Below the pieces are notes generated by a model that had not been told where the DNA came from, did not search any database, and saw only the letters and a program-made list of their open reading frames with translations. A stretch of DNA of 64,000 bases from Candidatus Omnitrophota bacterium (GTDB taxonomy: Bacteria; Omnitrophota; Gorgyraeia; Gygaellales; Profunditerraquicolaceae): contig JAHIOW010000066.1 of NCBI GenBank assembly GCA_018895075.1, positions 913-64,912 of the forward strand, written 5' to 3'. The position numbers were made by a program, and so were the translations under genes. Positions 19,010-28,172 of this stretch are shown piece by piece (position 1 is the first letter of the stretch; every line of letters begins with the position of its first letter).

Positions 19010-21781
19010 TTATTTTCCTCCTATTGCTGATAAACATCTTGCGCAAATAAAACTGTGACTTTTATCTTTACCTACAGATAGGCAATAGTTCCAGCAACGT
19101 TGACATTTAAGCCCCGAGGCCTTTAAGGCCTCTATTGCAATATCAGGATACTTACTGCTTATAACCAGGGCCGAATCTAAATCTTCCTTTCTTATCACCT
19201 CTACCTGAGATACCTTAAATATCTCAGGTAGGTCGGCTTTAAAGCTTTCTAAGTGTTTATACCTGATTTCATCTTTTGTCAATATATTTATTCTGGCATC
19301 AAAGGAACTGCCGATCTCTGTCTGGCTGCGTTTTGCTTCCAATATCTTGGCTATATCGGGAATTAAATCTATAATTGTTGAAAAATATTCATCTTCTTTA
19401 AAAGTCCGGGAAACCGGCCACTCTAAAAGATGGACGCTGGAATTAATGCCTTTCTTACCGGGCATATGCTGCCATATCTCTTCTGCGGTAAATACCAGCA
19501 TGGGTGCGATCATCCTGACCAAAATACTTAATATCTCATAGATAGTCGTCTGCGCAGCCCTTCTCTGGGAAGAACCAGAGGCATAAGTATAAAGCCGTCC
19601 TTTAACCATATCCAGATAATACATTGATAATTTCTCATTACAGAAATCATAAATAAGTTTATAGGCTTTATAAAACTGAAAGGATTCGTATGTACCCTCG
19701 GCAGCCAACAATACTACACTGGCTGTTCTTAACGCCCATTTATCTATATCTTTGAGGTTTTCATAATTTATTTTATGTATCTGAGGATCAAAATCATATA
19801 AATTACTGAGCATAAATCTGGCTGTATTTCTTATCTTGCGATAGGCCTCGGAAAGCCTGGATAAAATTTCAGGCGAAATCCTGATGTCGTCGTTATAATC
19901 GCTTGAGGCCACCCAGAGCCTTAAGATATCAGCACCGGAATTTTTAATGATATCAAAAGGTAAAATTACATTTCCCAACGATTTAGACATCTTCCTACCT
20001 TGGCCATCAACTACAAAACCATGGGTGAGCACACTTTTAAAAGGGGCTTCTCCATCGATACATAGCGAAGGTATTAGTGAAGATTGAAACCATCCCCGAT
20101 GCTGGTCAGAACCTTCAAGATACAAGGCAGAAGGAAATTCTAAATCCTTTCTTTTCTTTAAGACTGCCTGATTGCTTACCCCGGAATCAAACCAGACATC
20201 CAGAATATCCGAGCCTTTGGAAAATCTATCTCCTTGGCAATGCGGGCATTTCAGGCCTTTTGGTAAGAAATCCTGGATATCTCTTTTAAACCAGCAATCC
20301 GAACCTTCTTCTCTGACTATCTGGGCAACTTTTTTTATTACTGAGCAATCAAGAAATTCCTCTTTGCATCTATCGCAAGATAAAGCCGGTATCGGAACAC
20401 CCCAATACCTCTGGCGTGAAAGGCACCAATCAGGCCTTAGTCTGACCATAGTTGAAATCCTCTCTCGACCGGCTTCAGGAATCCATTGCACATCTTTGTT
20501 TATTACACTAAGGAGCTTCTTTCTTAAGCTTCTATGCTCAAGCCTTAAAAACCACTGTTTTGTTGCCCTAAATATTATCGCACTTTTACAACGCCAGCAA
20601 TGTGGATAAGAATGCCGGACTTTATCTGTAAAAAGCAAGGCCCCTAAATCTTGAAGTCTTTTAATGATAGCCTCATTTGCATCATATACATTTAACCCTT
20701 TGAGATCCCCTGCGGTAGAATCAAAATTACCTTTAGCATCTACCGGCATTATAATCTCTAATTTATACTTTAAGCCGGTTATATAATCCTCATTCCCATG
20801 GCCAGGCGCAGTATGCACCAGGCCTGTGCCTTCATCCCTCAAGACATACTCTGCCAAAACCACCTGACCTTTCCTGGATATAAAGGGATGGTTGTAGCTC
20901 AGGCCCTCTAAATCTTTACCTTTGATTTCTTTTATCAGCTCATAACTATCTATCCCTGCTTGTTCTAACGCCTTCGGCAATAAATCCTTGGCTAAGATGA
21001 GATTGCCCTCCTCCGTCTTTATATAAGAATAAATAAAATCAGGATGTACGGCTACAGCCACATTGGCAACCAGTGTCCAGGGCGTAGTTGTCCATATTAC
21101 CAGATAAGTTTCTTGCCTGTAATTTTCACTTTCATCTAATTGAAATTTAACATATATTGAGGGTGAAATATGGTCTTGATATTCAACCTCTGCCTCTGCC
21201 AGGGCAGTCTCGCATTTAAAACACCAATTAACCGGTTTTAATCCGCGATAGATATAACCTTTCTTAACTAATTCATTAAACGAACTTAATATGGTCTCTT
21301 CATAATCAGGGCTTAAGGTCAAATAAGGATGCTGCCAATCGCCAAATACGCCTAAACGTATGAATTGTTCTTTCTGTATGGAAACATATTTAAGGGCATA
21401 ATCACAGGCCTTTTTTCTAAACTCTACCTGGCTGATTTGATATTTATTAATCTTAAGTTCCTTAAATAACTGGTGTTCCACCGGCAGGCCGTGACAATCC
21501 CAGCCTGGCACGTATGCAGAATCGTATCCGCGCATAGTCTTGTATCTGATAATGATGTCTTTGAGGGTCTTATTCAGGGTATGCCCGATATGTATGTCTC
21601 CGTTTGCATAAGGCGGGCCGTCATGAAGGATATACTTTTTCTTACCCTTTGATTTTTCCCGGATAAGGCGGTAGATACCATTATCCTGCCAATCCTTAAG
21701 AAAAAGGGGCTCCCTTTTAGGCAGGTCTGCCTTCATGGGGAATTTGGTCTGAGGAAGATTGAGAGTATTCTTATAGTCCAT
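19010..21781 (-). CDS. ileS: Isoleucine--tRNA ligase
   Basis: HIGH motif PYANGDIHIGH, KMSKS motif KMSKSLGN, C-terminal zinc-binding cysteines, 923 aa. Confidence 0.95.
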   Translation of the reverse strand: MDYKNTLNLPQTKFPMKADLPKREPLFLKDWQDNGIYRLIREKSKGKKKYILHDGPPYANGDIHIGHTLNKTLKDIIIRYKTMRGYDSAYVPGWDCHGLPVEHQLFKELKINKYQISQVEFRKKACDYALKYVSIQKEQFIRLGVFGDWQHPYLTLSPDYEETILSSFNELVKKGYIYRGLKPVNWCFKCETALAEAEVEYQDHISPSIYVKFQLDESENYRQETYLVIWTTTPWTLVANVAVAVHPDFIYSYIKTEEGNLILAKDLLPKALEQAGIDSYELIKEIKGKDLEGLSYNHPFISRKGQVVLAEYVLRDEGTGLVHTAPGHGNEDYITGLKYKLEIIMPVDAKGNFDSTAGDLKGLNVYDANEAIIKRLQDLGALLFTDKVRHSYPHCWRCKSAIIFRATKQWFLRLEHRSLRKKLLSVINKDVQWIPEAGRERISTMVRLRPDWCLSRQRYWGVPIPALSCDRCKEEFLDCSVIKKVAQIVREEGSDCWFKRDIQDFLPKGLKCPHCQGDRFSKGSDILDVWFDSGVSNQAVLKKRKDLEFPSALYLEGSDQHRGWFQSSLIPSLCIDGEAPFKSVLTHGFVVDGQGRKMSKSLGNVILPFDIIKNSGADILRLWVASSDYNDDIRISPEILSRLSEAYRKIRNTARFMLSNLYDFDPQIHKINYENLKDIDKWALRTASVVLLAAEGTYESFQFYKAYKLIYDFCNEKLSMYYLDMVKGRLYTYASGSSQRRAAQTTIYEILSILVRMIAPMLVFTAEEIWQHMPGKKGINSSVHLLEWPVSRTFKEDEYFSTIIDLIPDIAKILEAKRSQTEIGSSFDARINILTKDEIRYKHLESFKADLPEIFKVSQVEVIRKEDLDSALVISSKYPDIAIEALKASGLKCQRCWNYCLSVGKDKSHSFICARCLSAIGGK

Positions 21782-21887
21782 CTTTCTAACTCAAAAGTCA
21801 AAACGCAAAAGGTAAAACCACAATTCAAAACTTAAAACTTTTTACTTTTAACTTTTGGTTTTTACTTTTTACTTTTGACTTTTTACT
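21782..21887. repeat. AT-rich spacer built from ~7-nt periodic repeats (TTTTTAC/TTTTGAC/AAAAGTC) forming nested inverted repeats; probable terminator for mtnP and promoter region for ileS
   Basis: aaaagtcaaaacgcaaaaggtaaaaccaca...tttttacttttaacttttggtttttactttttacttttgactttttac. Confidence 0.4.
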
Positions 21888-22748
21888 TTACCTGATATAT
21901 TTTCCGATGATAATCTTTAAATCCTTCTTTATCTTAGCGGGTATAATTTTCTTATCAGTAATGATTGCATGTTTAAGGGTATCGCCACAAGCGCAATTTC
22001 TCTGAGCGGTGAGATTTTTTATCACTGTGGATAGTATCTTCTTGGCATTCTCAACATTCTTGAGTAAATTCTGAATTACCATATCAACGGTCACGCTTTC
22101 ATGTTGCGGATGCCAACAGTCATAGTCGGTTACACAGGCCAGGGTTGAATAACAGATCTCTGCCTCTCTGGCTAACTTAGCTTCAGGCATATTGGTCATG
22201 CCGATAATATCCATACCCCAGCTGCGATAAAGATTTGACTCCGCCAGAGTTGAAAATGCCGGTCCCTCCATATTTATGTAAGTGCCTTTGTTATGTATGG
22301 TTAATTTAAGACTCCTGCCCCCTTCGTATATTATCCTGCTCAGTTCTAAGCATACGGGATTGGCGAAGATGATATGAGCCACTATTCCCTGATCAAAAAA
22401 GGACATCTTTCTTGCCTGATTAGTCCGGTCAACAAACTGGTCTACCACCACAAAATCCAGAGGCTTAATCTCTTCTTTAAGGCTCCCGCAGGCAGTAACC
22501 GAAATAATCCTTTCTACTCCCAGTTTTTTCATCCCGTAGATATTAGCCCGGTAGTTTATTTCACTGGGAGAAATGCGATGCCCTACTCCATGGCGCGGCA
22601 GGAACACTACTTCCTTGCCTTCCAGATTACCAACGATATACTTATCCGAAGGATCCCCAAATGGTGTCTGCACAGCTACTTCTTTTATATCTTTAGTACC
22701 CTCGATCTTATATAGACCGCTGCCTCCGATTATTCCGATACGCCCCAT
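21888..22748 (-). CDS. mtnP: S-methyl-5'-thioadenosine phosphorylase / purine nucleoside phosphorylase family
   Basis: MGRIGIIGGSGLY...FLPRHGVGH typical MTAP N-terminus. Confidence 0.75.
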   Translation of the reverse strand: MGRIGIIGGSGLYKIEGTKDIKEVAVQTPFGDPSDKYIVGNLEGKEVVFLPRHGVGHRISPSEINYRANIYGMKKLGVERIISVTACGSLKEEIKPLDFVVVDQFVDRTNQARKMSFFDQGIVAHIIFANPVCLELSRIIYEGGRSLKLTIHNKGTYINMEGPAFSTLAESNLYRSWGMDIIGMTNMPEAKLAREAEICYSTLACVTDYDCWHPQHESVTVDMVIQNLLKNVENAKKILSTVIKNLTAQRNCACGDTLKHAIITDKKIIPAKIKKDLKIIIGKYIR

Positions 22749-22752
22749 TTAT

Positions 22753-23583
22753 TTACTCCTTTTTAGATAATTCCTCTGCGCGCTTCTTCGCTGCCTTTAC
22801 AGCCTCAATCAAAGATCCAGTTGCATGCAAGGCATCTAAACCAGCCAATGTAGTACCCCCTTTAGATGTAATTTGTTTTTTTAGTTCAAGTGGCGGTATT
22901 TTAGTTTCTGCCAATAATAGCTGACAGGCATTGCCTGTGCCTGATGCTATAAATACCGCCTCTTCATGCTTAAGGCCAGATTCCTCTGCAGCTCTTGTCA
23001 GAGAAATAATAAATTCTCTTGTGAATTCTTCAGGATTTTTATTGCCAGCCAGAATTGATTCAATACTATCGAAATAAAAGCCTGGGCCGCTCCCTGATAC
23101 GGCAGTGACAGCAGCCATTTTTTCTTCTTCTATCCTTAAAGTCTTTCCCATATAATCAAATAATTCCTCTGCAAAATCAAAATCTTTCTCTGTGGCAAAT
23201 TTACCTTTTGACAAACAAGAAATCCCATGGCCAACCTTTATCCCCATATTTGGCATAACCCTGACAACCCTAACATCTCCTAGCGTCCTCTCAATATATC
23301 TTGTACTTATCCCGGCGGCTATAGAGACTATCAACTTATCCTTTATTAGGTATTTCTTAATTTCCTCTAGAACATCATCAAAATCCTGTGGTTTTACAGC
23401 TAATATCACTGCATCAACCTTATTTACCAAATCCACCAAATTATTGGCAACATTTATCTCTGAAAGACTCTTAGTTTTAGTTCTGTCTTTATCAAAAACC
23501 CAAAGCCGATGTTTTGATTTAATTCCTTCGCTAATGACAGAACCCATATTTCCAAAACCTATTATACCTATGGTTTTTTTCAT
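22753..23583 (-). CDS. proC: Pyrroline-5-carboxylate reductase
   Basis: MKKTIGIIGFGNMGSVISEGI Rossmann N-terminus. P5CR C-terminal dimerization domain. Confidence 0.85.
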   Translation of the reverse strand: MKKTIGIIGFGNMGSVISEGIKSKHRLWVFDKDRTKTKSLSEINVANNLVDLVNKVDAVILAVKPQDFDDVLEEIKKYLIKDKLIVSIAAGISTRYIERTLGDVRVVRVMPNMGIKVGHGISCLSKGKFATEKDFDFAEELFDYMGKTLRIEEEKMAAVTAVSGSGPGFYFDSIESILAGNKNPEEFTREFIISLTRAAEESGLKHEEAVFIASGTGNACQLLLAETKIPPLELKKQITSKGGTTLAGLDALHATGSLIEAVKAAKKRAEELSKKE

Positions 23584-24249
23584 CTAACTCTCGAATATTG
23601 CCCGGCCTAATCTTACCATATTAGAGCCTTCCTCTATTGCTACCCCAAAATCATCCGTCATGCCCATTGATAAAAGTTGTAAGTTGTAAGTTGTAAGTTG
23701 TAAATTATTAATTTTATCTCTTAGTTTCCGCAATAACCGGAAATAAGGCCTGGCTTTTTGAGGGTCATCTACAATTGGAGCAATAGTCATCAGGCCTTTG
23801 ACGTTTACGTTTTTAAATTCAACTATCTTTTTTATAACCTCAACTGCCTCTTCGGGTTTTAAGCCGGATTTGTTGGATTCAGCAGAAGTATTAACCTGGA
23901 GTAAGATGTCTTGAGTCTTATCTATCCGCGCTGCCTGTTTATCTATCTCAGAGGCCAAACGCAGGCTGTCTACGGACTGGATTAAATCAAAAATTCTTAC
24001 CACTTCTTTTACCTTATTAGTCTGTAAGTGGCCGACCATATGCCACTTTATAGTTTGGAGTTTTGAGTTATGAGTTATGAGTTCGTTATATTTAACGACT
24101 GCTTCCTGGACTCTGTTTTCTCCAATATCAGTTATGCCGGCTGCTATGGCTTCTTTTATTTGTTCCGGCGTCCTGGCCTTGCTTACAGCGACAATAGTTA
24201 CTGAATTAGGAATGTGCCCCCTTACCTTAAGGACATTGTCTCTGATCAT
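23584..24249 (-). CDS. yggS: YggS-family pyridoxal phosphate homeostasis protein
   Basis: PLP-binding Lys region AVSKARTPEQI, C-terminal SMGMTDDF...VRLGRAIF. Contains in-frame heptamer tandem repeats (gttgtaa x4 and gagttat x3). Confidence 0.8.
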   Translation of the reverse strand: MIRDNVLKVRGHIPNSVTIVAVSKARTPEQIKEAIAAGITDIGENRVQEAVVKYNELITHNSKLQTIKWHMVGHLQTNKVKEVVRIFDLIQSVDSLRLASEIDKQAARIDKTQDILLQVNTSAESNKSGLKPEEAVEVIKKIVEFKNVNVKGLMTIAPIVDDPQKARPYFRLLRKLRDKINNLQLTTYNLQLLSMGMTDDFGVAIEEGSNMVRLGRAIFES

Positions 24250-24316
24250 TTATCAATATTAATCCCAATAAGTTCTGAATTAAAACATATTATACCTCAT
24301 AAAACTACCGGGTCAA

Positions 24317-25570
24317 TTAAAAGTATTCCTGATAGACCTCTTTGACTCTATTAATTATGTTAAGGAAAGGATTACGGGCAGGCCCCCTGGCATAAGGAAA
24401 TTGAGTTTGGCCATTATACAGCAACTGAGAGATTATGCCTAAGGGGATAAGATAGGTTAGATATCTTCCTGAGGTAAGAGCATCGTTTTTATTTACTAAA
24501 GAGGCCATACTGGGATGGGTAATGCGCGCTATTTTGACTGAGACCCCTAAGGTATCCTCTAATCCCTCAAGGAATCCTTCTAACAATACACTCCTTCCTG
24601 ATATTACAAAATTATTCACCTCATCACAAGGAATCTTTTTTTGTATTCTATCCTTTATAGTTTCATAGATTAATTTTGCCTTAGAGGTTATTATCTCTGA
24701 GACCAGGCTTTGTTTTATCGGTTTATATATATTATTCTTTTTTATCAAGATTTCCTGATCCTCCTTTGTCTGGCTGGAATCTGCCACTATCGCATATGAC
24801 CTCTTGATATCTTCGGCTAACTCCAAAGGTATTCTTAATGCCTCGGATAGCCCTTCTGTTAAATCATTGCCGCCGATGGATAAAACTTCAATATCGCGCA
24901 GTAGTCCCTCTTTAAATACTAGCAATTCGGTTATGTCGCTGCCTATATCACAAAGTATATTTATACCCTGCTTAAGTTCTTTGCCGAAAACGACCCCACT
25001 CGTTGCTATCCCAGAAAAAAAGAGTTCTTTCATTTCATAGCCCGCCTGATTTACTACGCGCAGGAGGCTCTGTAAAGAAGCTGTCTTGGCGCAGACCAAA
25101 TATAAGTCTACTTCCAACCTATGGCTGTATAGCCCAAGAGGGTTTAAAATGTTGCTTTTTGAGTCTATATTATAACTAAAAGGTATCTGGTGGATTATTT
25201 CTTCTTCGAGGCTCAAGCCCAATATCCGCGCCTGCTCATTTACCTTACGTATGTCGCTGCCTGTTATAATTCTACTTGCCCTCTCAGCAAGCGGTATAAC
25301 GGCATGGCTGTTTTTAGTAATTATCTGGCCTCCAGAAAGATTCAGATTCAGGGATTTGATATTTATACCGGATTTAACTTTTAAATTTTTTAAGGTGCGG
25401 GCCAGACAATCGCTTAACTCTATAGAATCTATAATTATACCTTTTTGCATACCCTTGACAGGCAAGCTCTCAAAGAAGATATCGGCGATACAGCCTCTTT
25501 TAATCTGAGCAACCGCGGAGGCGATTTTACTTGAGCCAATATCTAATGCGCAAATATAATTAGCGAACAT
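24317..25570 (-). CDS. ftsA: Cell division protein FtsA
   Basis: Actin-like ALDIGSSKIASAV N-terminus, about 417 aa, last gene of the dcw cluster. Confidence 0.9.
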   Translation of the reverse strand: MFANYICALDIGSSKIASAVAQIKRGCIADIFFESLPVKGMQKGIIIDSIELSDCLARTLKNLKVKSGINIKSLNLNLSGGQIITKNSHAVIPLAERASRIITGSDIRKVNEQARILGLSLEEEIIHQIPFSYNIDSKSNILNPLGLYSHRLEVDLYLVCAKTASLQSLLRVVNQAGYEMKELFFSGIATSGVVFGKELKQGINILCDIGSDITELLVFKEGLLRDIEVLSIGGNDLTEGLSEALRIPLELAEDIKRSYAIVADSSQTKEDQEILIKKNNIYKPIKQSLVSEIITSKAKLIYETIKDRIQKKIPCDEVNNFVISGRSVLLEGFLEGLEDTLGVSVKIARITHPSMASLVNKNDALTSGRYLTYLIPLGIISQLLYNGQTQFPYARGPARNPFLNIINRVKEVYQEYF

Positions 25571-26333
25571 CTTTAAATTTTATCACCGCTTCTTTAAATC
25601 TCAGGTCAATATATTTTATATTACCGAGGCCGTTCTTTATCCGGGCCTCCCCCAGTAATGTGTTTAAAATATTAATCTTATTTTTAAGTTCACCCTCTCC
25701 AATCTTTACTACTAAACCTTCCAGCAAAGAAAAGGATGCACTACCAGGATCTCTGACATCCACTGTTCTTAATTTATAATCTTGCATCCTCTTATTATTA
25801 TTTATTGTTTTTATTATATTTAAAGCTAGCGTCAACTCTTTGATGTCATATTTCCGGGCTACTTTAGGGCCAAAGATCTTTGTCTCTAATCCTAAAATAA
25901 TAGGTAGAACATCTGTCTCTAATTCAGGCGGCGGGTCAAAGAGGATCTGGTCTTGGTCCACGCAGAAATATCGATATAGCTTTACCAAGGCCAGGGGCTT
26001 GCGTTTTATAAAGTCTATAAATAACCGATTGGGTAAAACCCTGATTAATCTAATCTTCTTGTACGTCGGGTAGAGTTTTAATATATATCTTGATTCCCTG
26101 TTTAAATCAATATCGAAAATATTCTGGCCTTTAAGGTAAGAAAATTCATCCGGCTGGCCTTGGCTGGCTATAATGCCTTTTATCTTAAAATAATCTAATT
26201 TCTTTAATGCCTTCCCCAAATACCCAATGATCAAACAGCCGCTGACAACAACAACGATGAAGATTATTGGCTTAACCGGAAAGTTGCGTAACTTTATCCG
26301 GGGAAGACGTAATTTTATCTTTGGCTTTTTCAT
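25560..26333 (-). CDS. ftsQ: Cell division protein FtsQ/DivIB (POTRA domain)
   Basis: N-terminal TM, then a POTRA-like region. Conserved position between ddl and ftsA. Confidence 0.7.
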   Translation of the reverse strand: MKKPKIKLRLPRIKLRNFPVKPIIFIVVVVSGCLIIGYLGKALKKLDYFKIKGIIASQGQPDEFSYLKGQNIFDIDLNRESRYILKLYPTYKKIRLIRVLPNRLFIDFIKRKPLALVKLYRYFCVDQDQILFDPPPELETDVLPIILGLETKIFGPKVARKYDIKELTLALNIIKTINNNKRMQDYKLRTVDVRDPGSASFSLLEGLVVKIGEGELKNKINILNTLLGEARIKNGLGNIKYIDLRFKEAVIKFKDVR

Positions 26334-27285
26334 ATGCTAATCTGATTAAGTTAAGGCACAACTGGTCAAATTCGATACCGGCTACCTTGGCTGCCTTAGG
26401 CAGAAGACTGGTAGTTGTAAGGCCAGGTATAGAATTAAGCTCTAAAACATAAGGGATATCCTCTGTACTTAAAATCATATCCGCCCTGGAGAAACCAGAA
26501 CAACCCAAAAGGTTATGCGCTGACATAGCTATAGATTGGATGCTTTTGGCAATCCCTTCTTCTAACTGTGCCGGTGCTATATATTCTGTAACTCCCGGCT
26601 GATATTTAGCCTCGTAATCAAAAAATTTTCTCTTAGGGACTATCTCTATTACGGGTAATGCCCTATCATCCAATATGCCTACTGTCACCTCTCTGCCCTG
26701 AATATGCTCCTCAATAATTATCCTTTCATCAAAAGTGAATGCTAAGCCGATGGCCTTGTGTAATTCTTTCTCTGCCTCCACTATGCTCATGCCAATACTG
26801 GAGCCATGCGCGGCAGGTTTTACCACTAAAGGTAAAATAAGATTGTCCGTAATGTAACCGGGGAGGCTATTGTTATAAAAAGACTTCTCTAATACCTCAT
26901 ACCTGGGTACTATCAATCCAGCCCCTTGAAATACCTTACGTGAGGCAATCTTATCCATAGCCAAACTGCTTGCCAGGCGGTCTGAGCCGGTATAAGAAAT
27001 ATTCAAATTATCCAGCATCTCCTGGATTTGCCCGTCTTCACCAAAACGGCCATGCAGGGCTATGAATGCACAATCTATCTTATGTGCTCTTATTAATTCA
27101 ATATTTTCTTCTATATTATCTGTCTTTATATCAATAGCTACTACCTCAGGCATCATTTGTTTCAAGGCTTCATAGACAGCCTTTCCGGATGCCAGTGAAA
27201 TAATCCTTTCTGTAGAAGGCCCCCCCATCAAAACAGCAATCCTGCCAAATTGAGCAGCTAGAGGGTCAATCTTTGTTATTGCCAT
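26272..27285 (-). CDS. ddl: D-alanine--D-alanine ligase
   Basis: ATP-grasp fold, VLMGGPSTEREISL-like N-terminus (VLMGGPSTERIISL), 337 aa. Confidence 0.9.
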   Translation of the reverse strand: MAITKIDPLAAQFGRIAVLMGGPSTERIISLASGKAVYEALKQMMPEVVAIDIKTDNIEENIELIRAHKIDCAFIALHGRFGEDGQIQEMLDNLNISYTGSDRLASSLAMDKIASRKVFQGAGLIVPRYEVLEKSFYNNSLPGYITDNLILPLVVKPAAHGSSIGMSIVEAEKELHKAIGLAFTFDERIIIEEHIQGREVTVGILDDRALPVIEIVPKRKFFDYEAKYQPGVTEYIAPAQLEEGIAKSIQSIAMSAHNLLGCSGFSRADMILSTEDIPYVLELNSIPGLTTTSLLPKAAKVAGIEFDQLCLNLIRLAYEKAKDKITSSPDKVTQLSG

Positions 27286-28172
27286 ATCTTTATTTCCGGT
27301 TCTAAGGTTATATTAAATTTGGCCTTTACTCTTTTCTTTATCAAGCCCATTAACCTCAGGATATCTTTGGCGCTTGCATTCTTAAAATTTAATATAAAAT
27401 TTGCATGCCTTAAAGAGATAGATGCGCCCCCAATCCTTGTTCCTTTTAAGCCGCAGAGGTCTATCAATCTACCTGCTGATCTGCCTCTTGGGTTCTTAAA
27501 GGCGCAGCCAGCAGAGGGCAAAGATAAATCTTGAGTGAGCCGACGGTAATTAAGGTATCTATCCGTTTTGTCCTTTATCTGTTGTTTATTCTTTTTAAAC
27601 AGTTTCAAGCGCGCATGTAAAATTATATACTTTGATAAACCAGAACGCCGATAACCAAATTCTATATTTTTTTTATTTAAAATCTTGATTTTCCCCTGGC
27701 CATCCAGCACTGTAACGTCCTTTATGAGGTCTGCAATCCTGGCCTCAGGTATACCCGCATTCATTACCAATGCCCCGCCTATAGTGCCGGGGATACCCCC
27801 TAAGAACTCGCTACCTGATAAGCCATGTCTTTGCGCTTGTAGAACAACCTGCTTAAGCATTGCTGCGCTACCTGCCTGAAGATAATCGCCATTGAAAAAT
27901 AACCTCTTAAAACAAGGTGCATTCAGGCATATAACCGCATGATCCAAACCCTTATCAGAGGCTAAAATATTACTCCCTGCGCCGATTATTAAAAAAGGCA
28001 CCTTATGTCTTTTTAATAAGTTGAACGCTGATTTTAAACCCTCAATGTCTCTGGGCTCAATAAAGAATTTAGCTCTACCGCCAACCTTAAATGTCGTATG
28101 CTTCTTTAGCGGCTCATTTAACCTGATCTTGCCTCTTAAGTCTTTCCACCAACTCATCAGAAGTTCTCCCAA
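27276..28172 (-). CDS. murB: UDP-N-acetylenolpyruvoylglucosamine reductase
   Basis: FAD-binding FKVGGRAKFF...IIGAGSNIL. MurB C-terminal domain. Confidence 0.85.
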   Translation of the reverse strand: MGELLMSWWKDLRGKIRLNEPLKKHTTFKVGGRAKFFIEPRDIEGLKSAFNLLKRHKVPFLIIGAGSNILASDKGLDHAVICLNAPCFKRLFFNGDYLQAGSAAMLKQVVLQAQRHGLSGSEFLGGIPGTIGGALVMNAGIPEARIADLIKDVTVLDGQGKIKILNKKNIEFGYRRSGLSKYIILHARLKLFKKNKQQIKDKTDRYLNYRRLTQDLSLPSAGCAFKNPRGRSAGRLIDLCGLKGTRIGGASISLRHANFILNFKNASAKDILRLMGLIKKRVKAKFNITLEPEIKIWQ

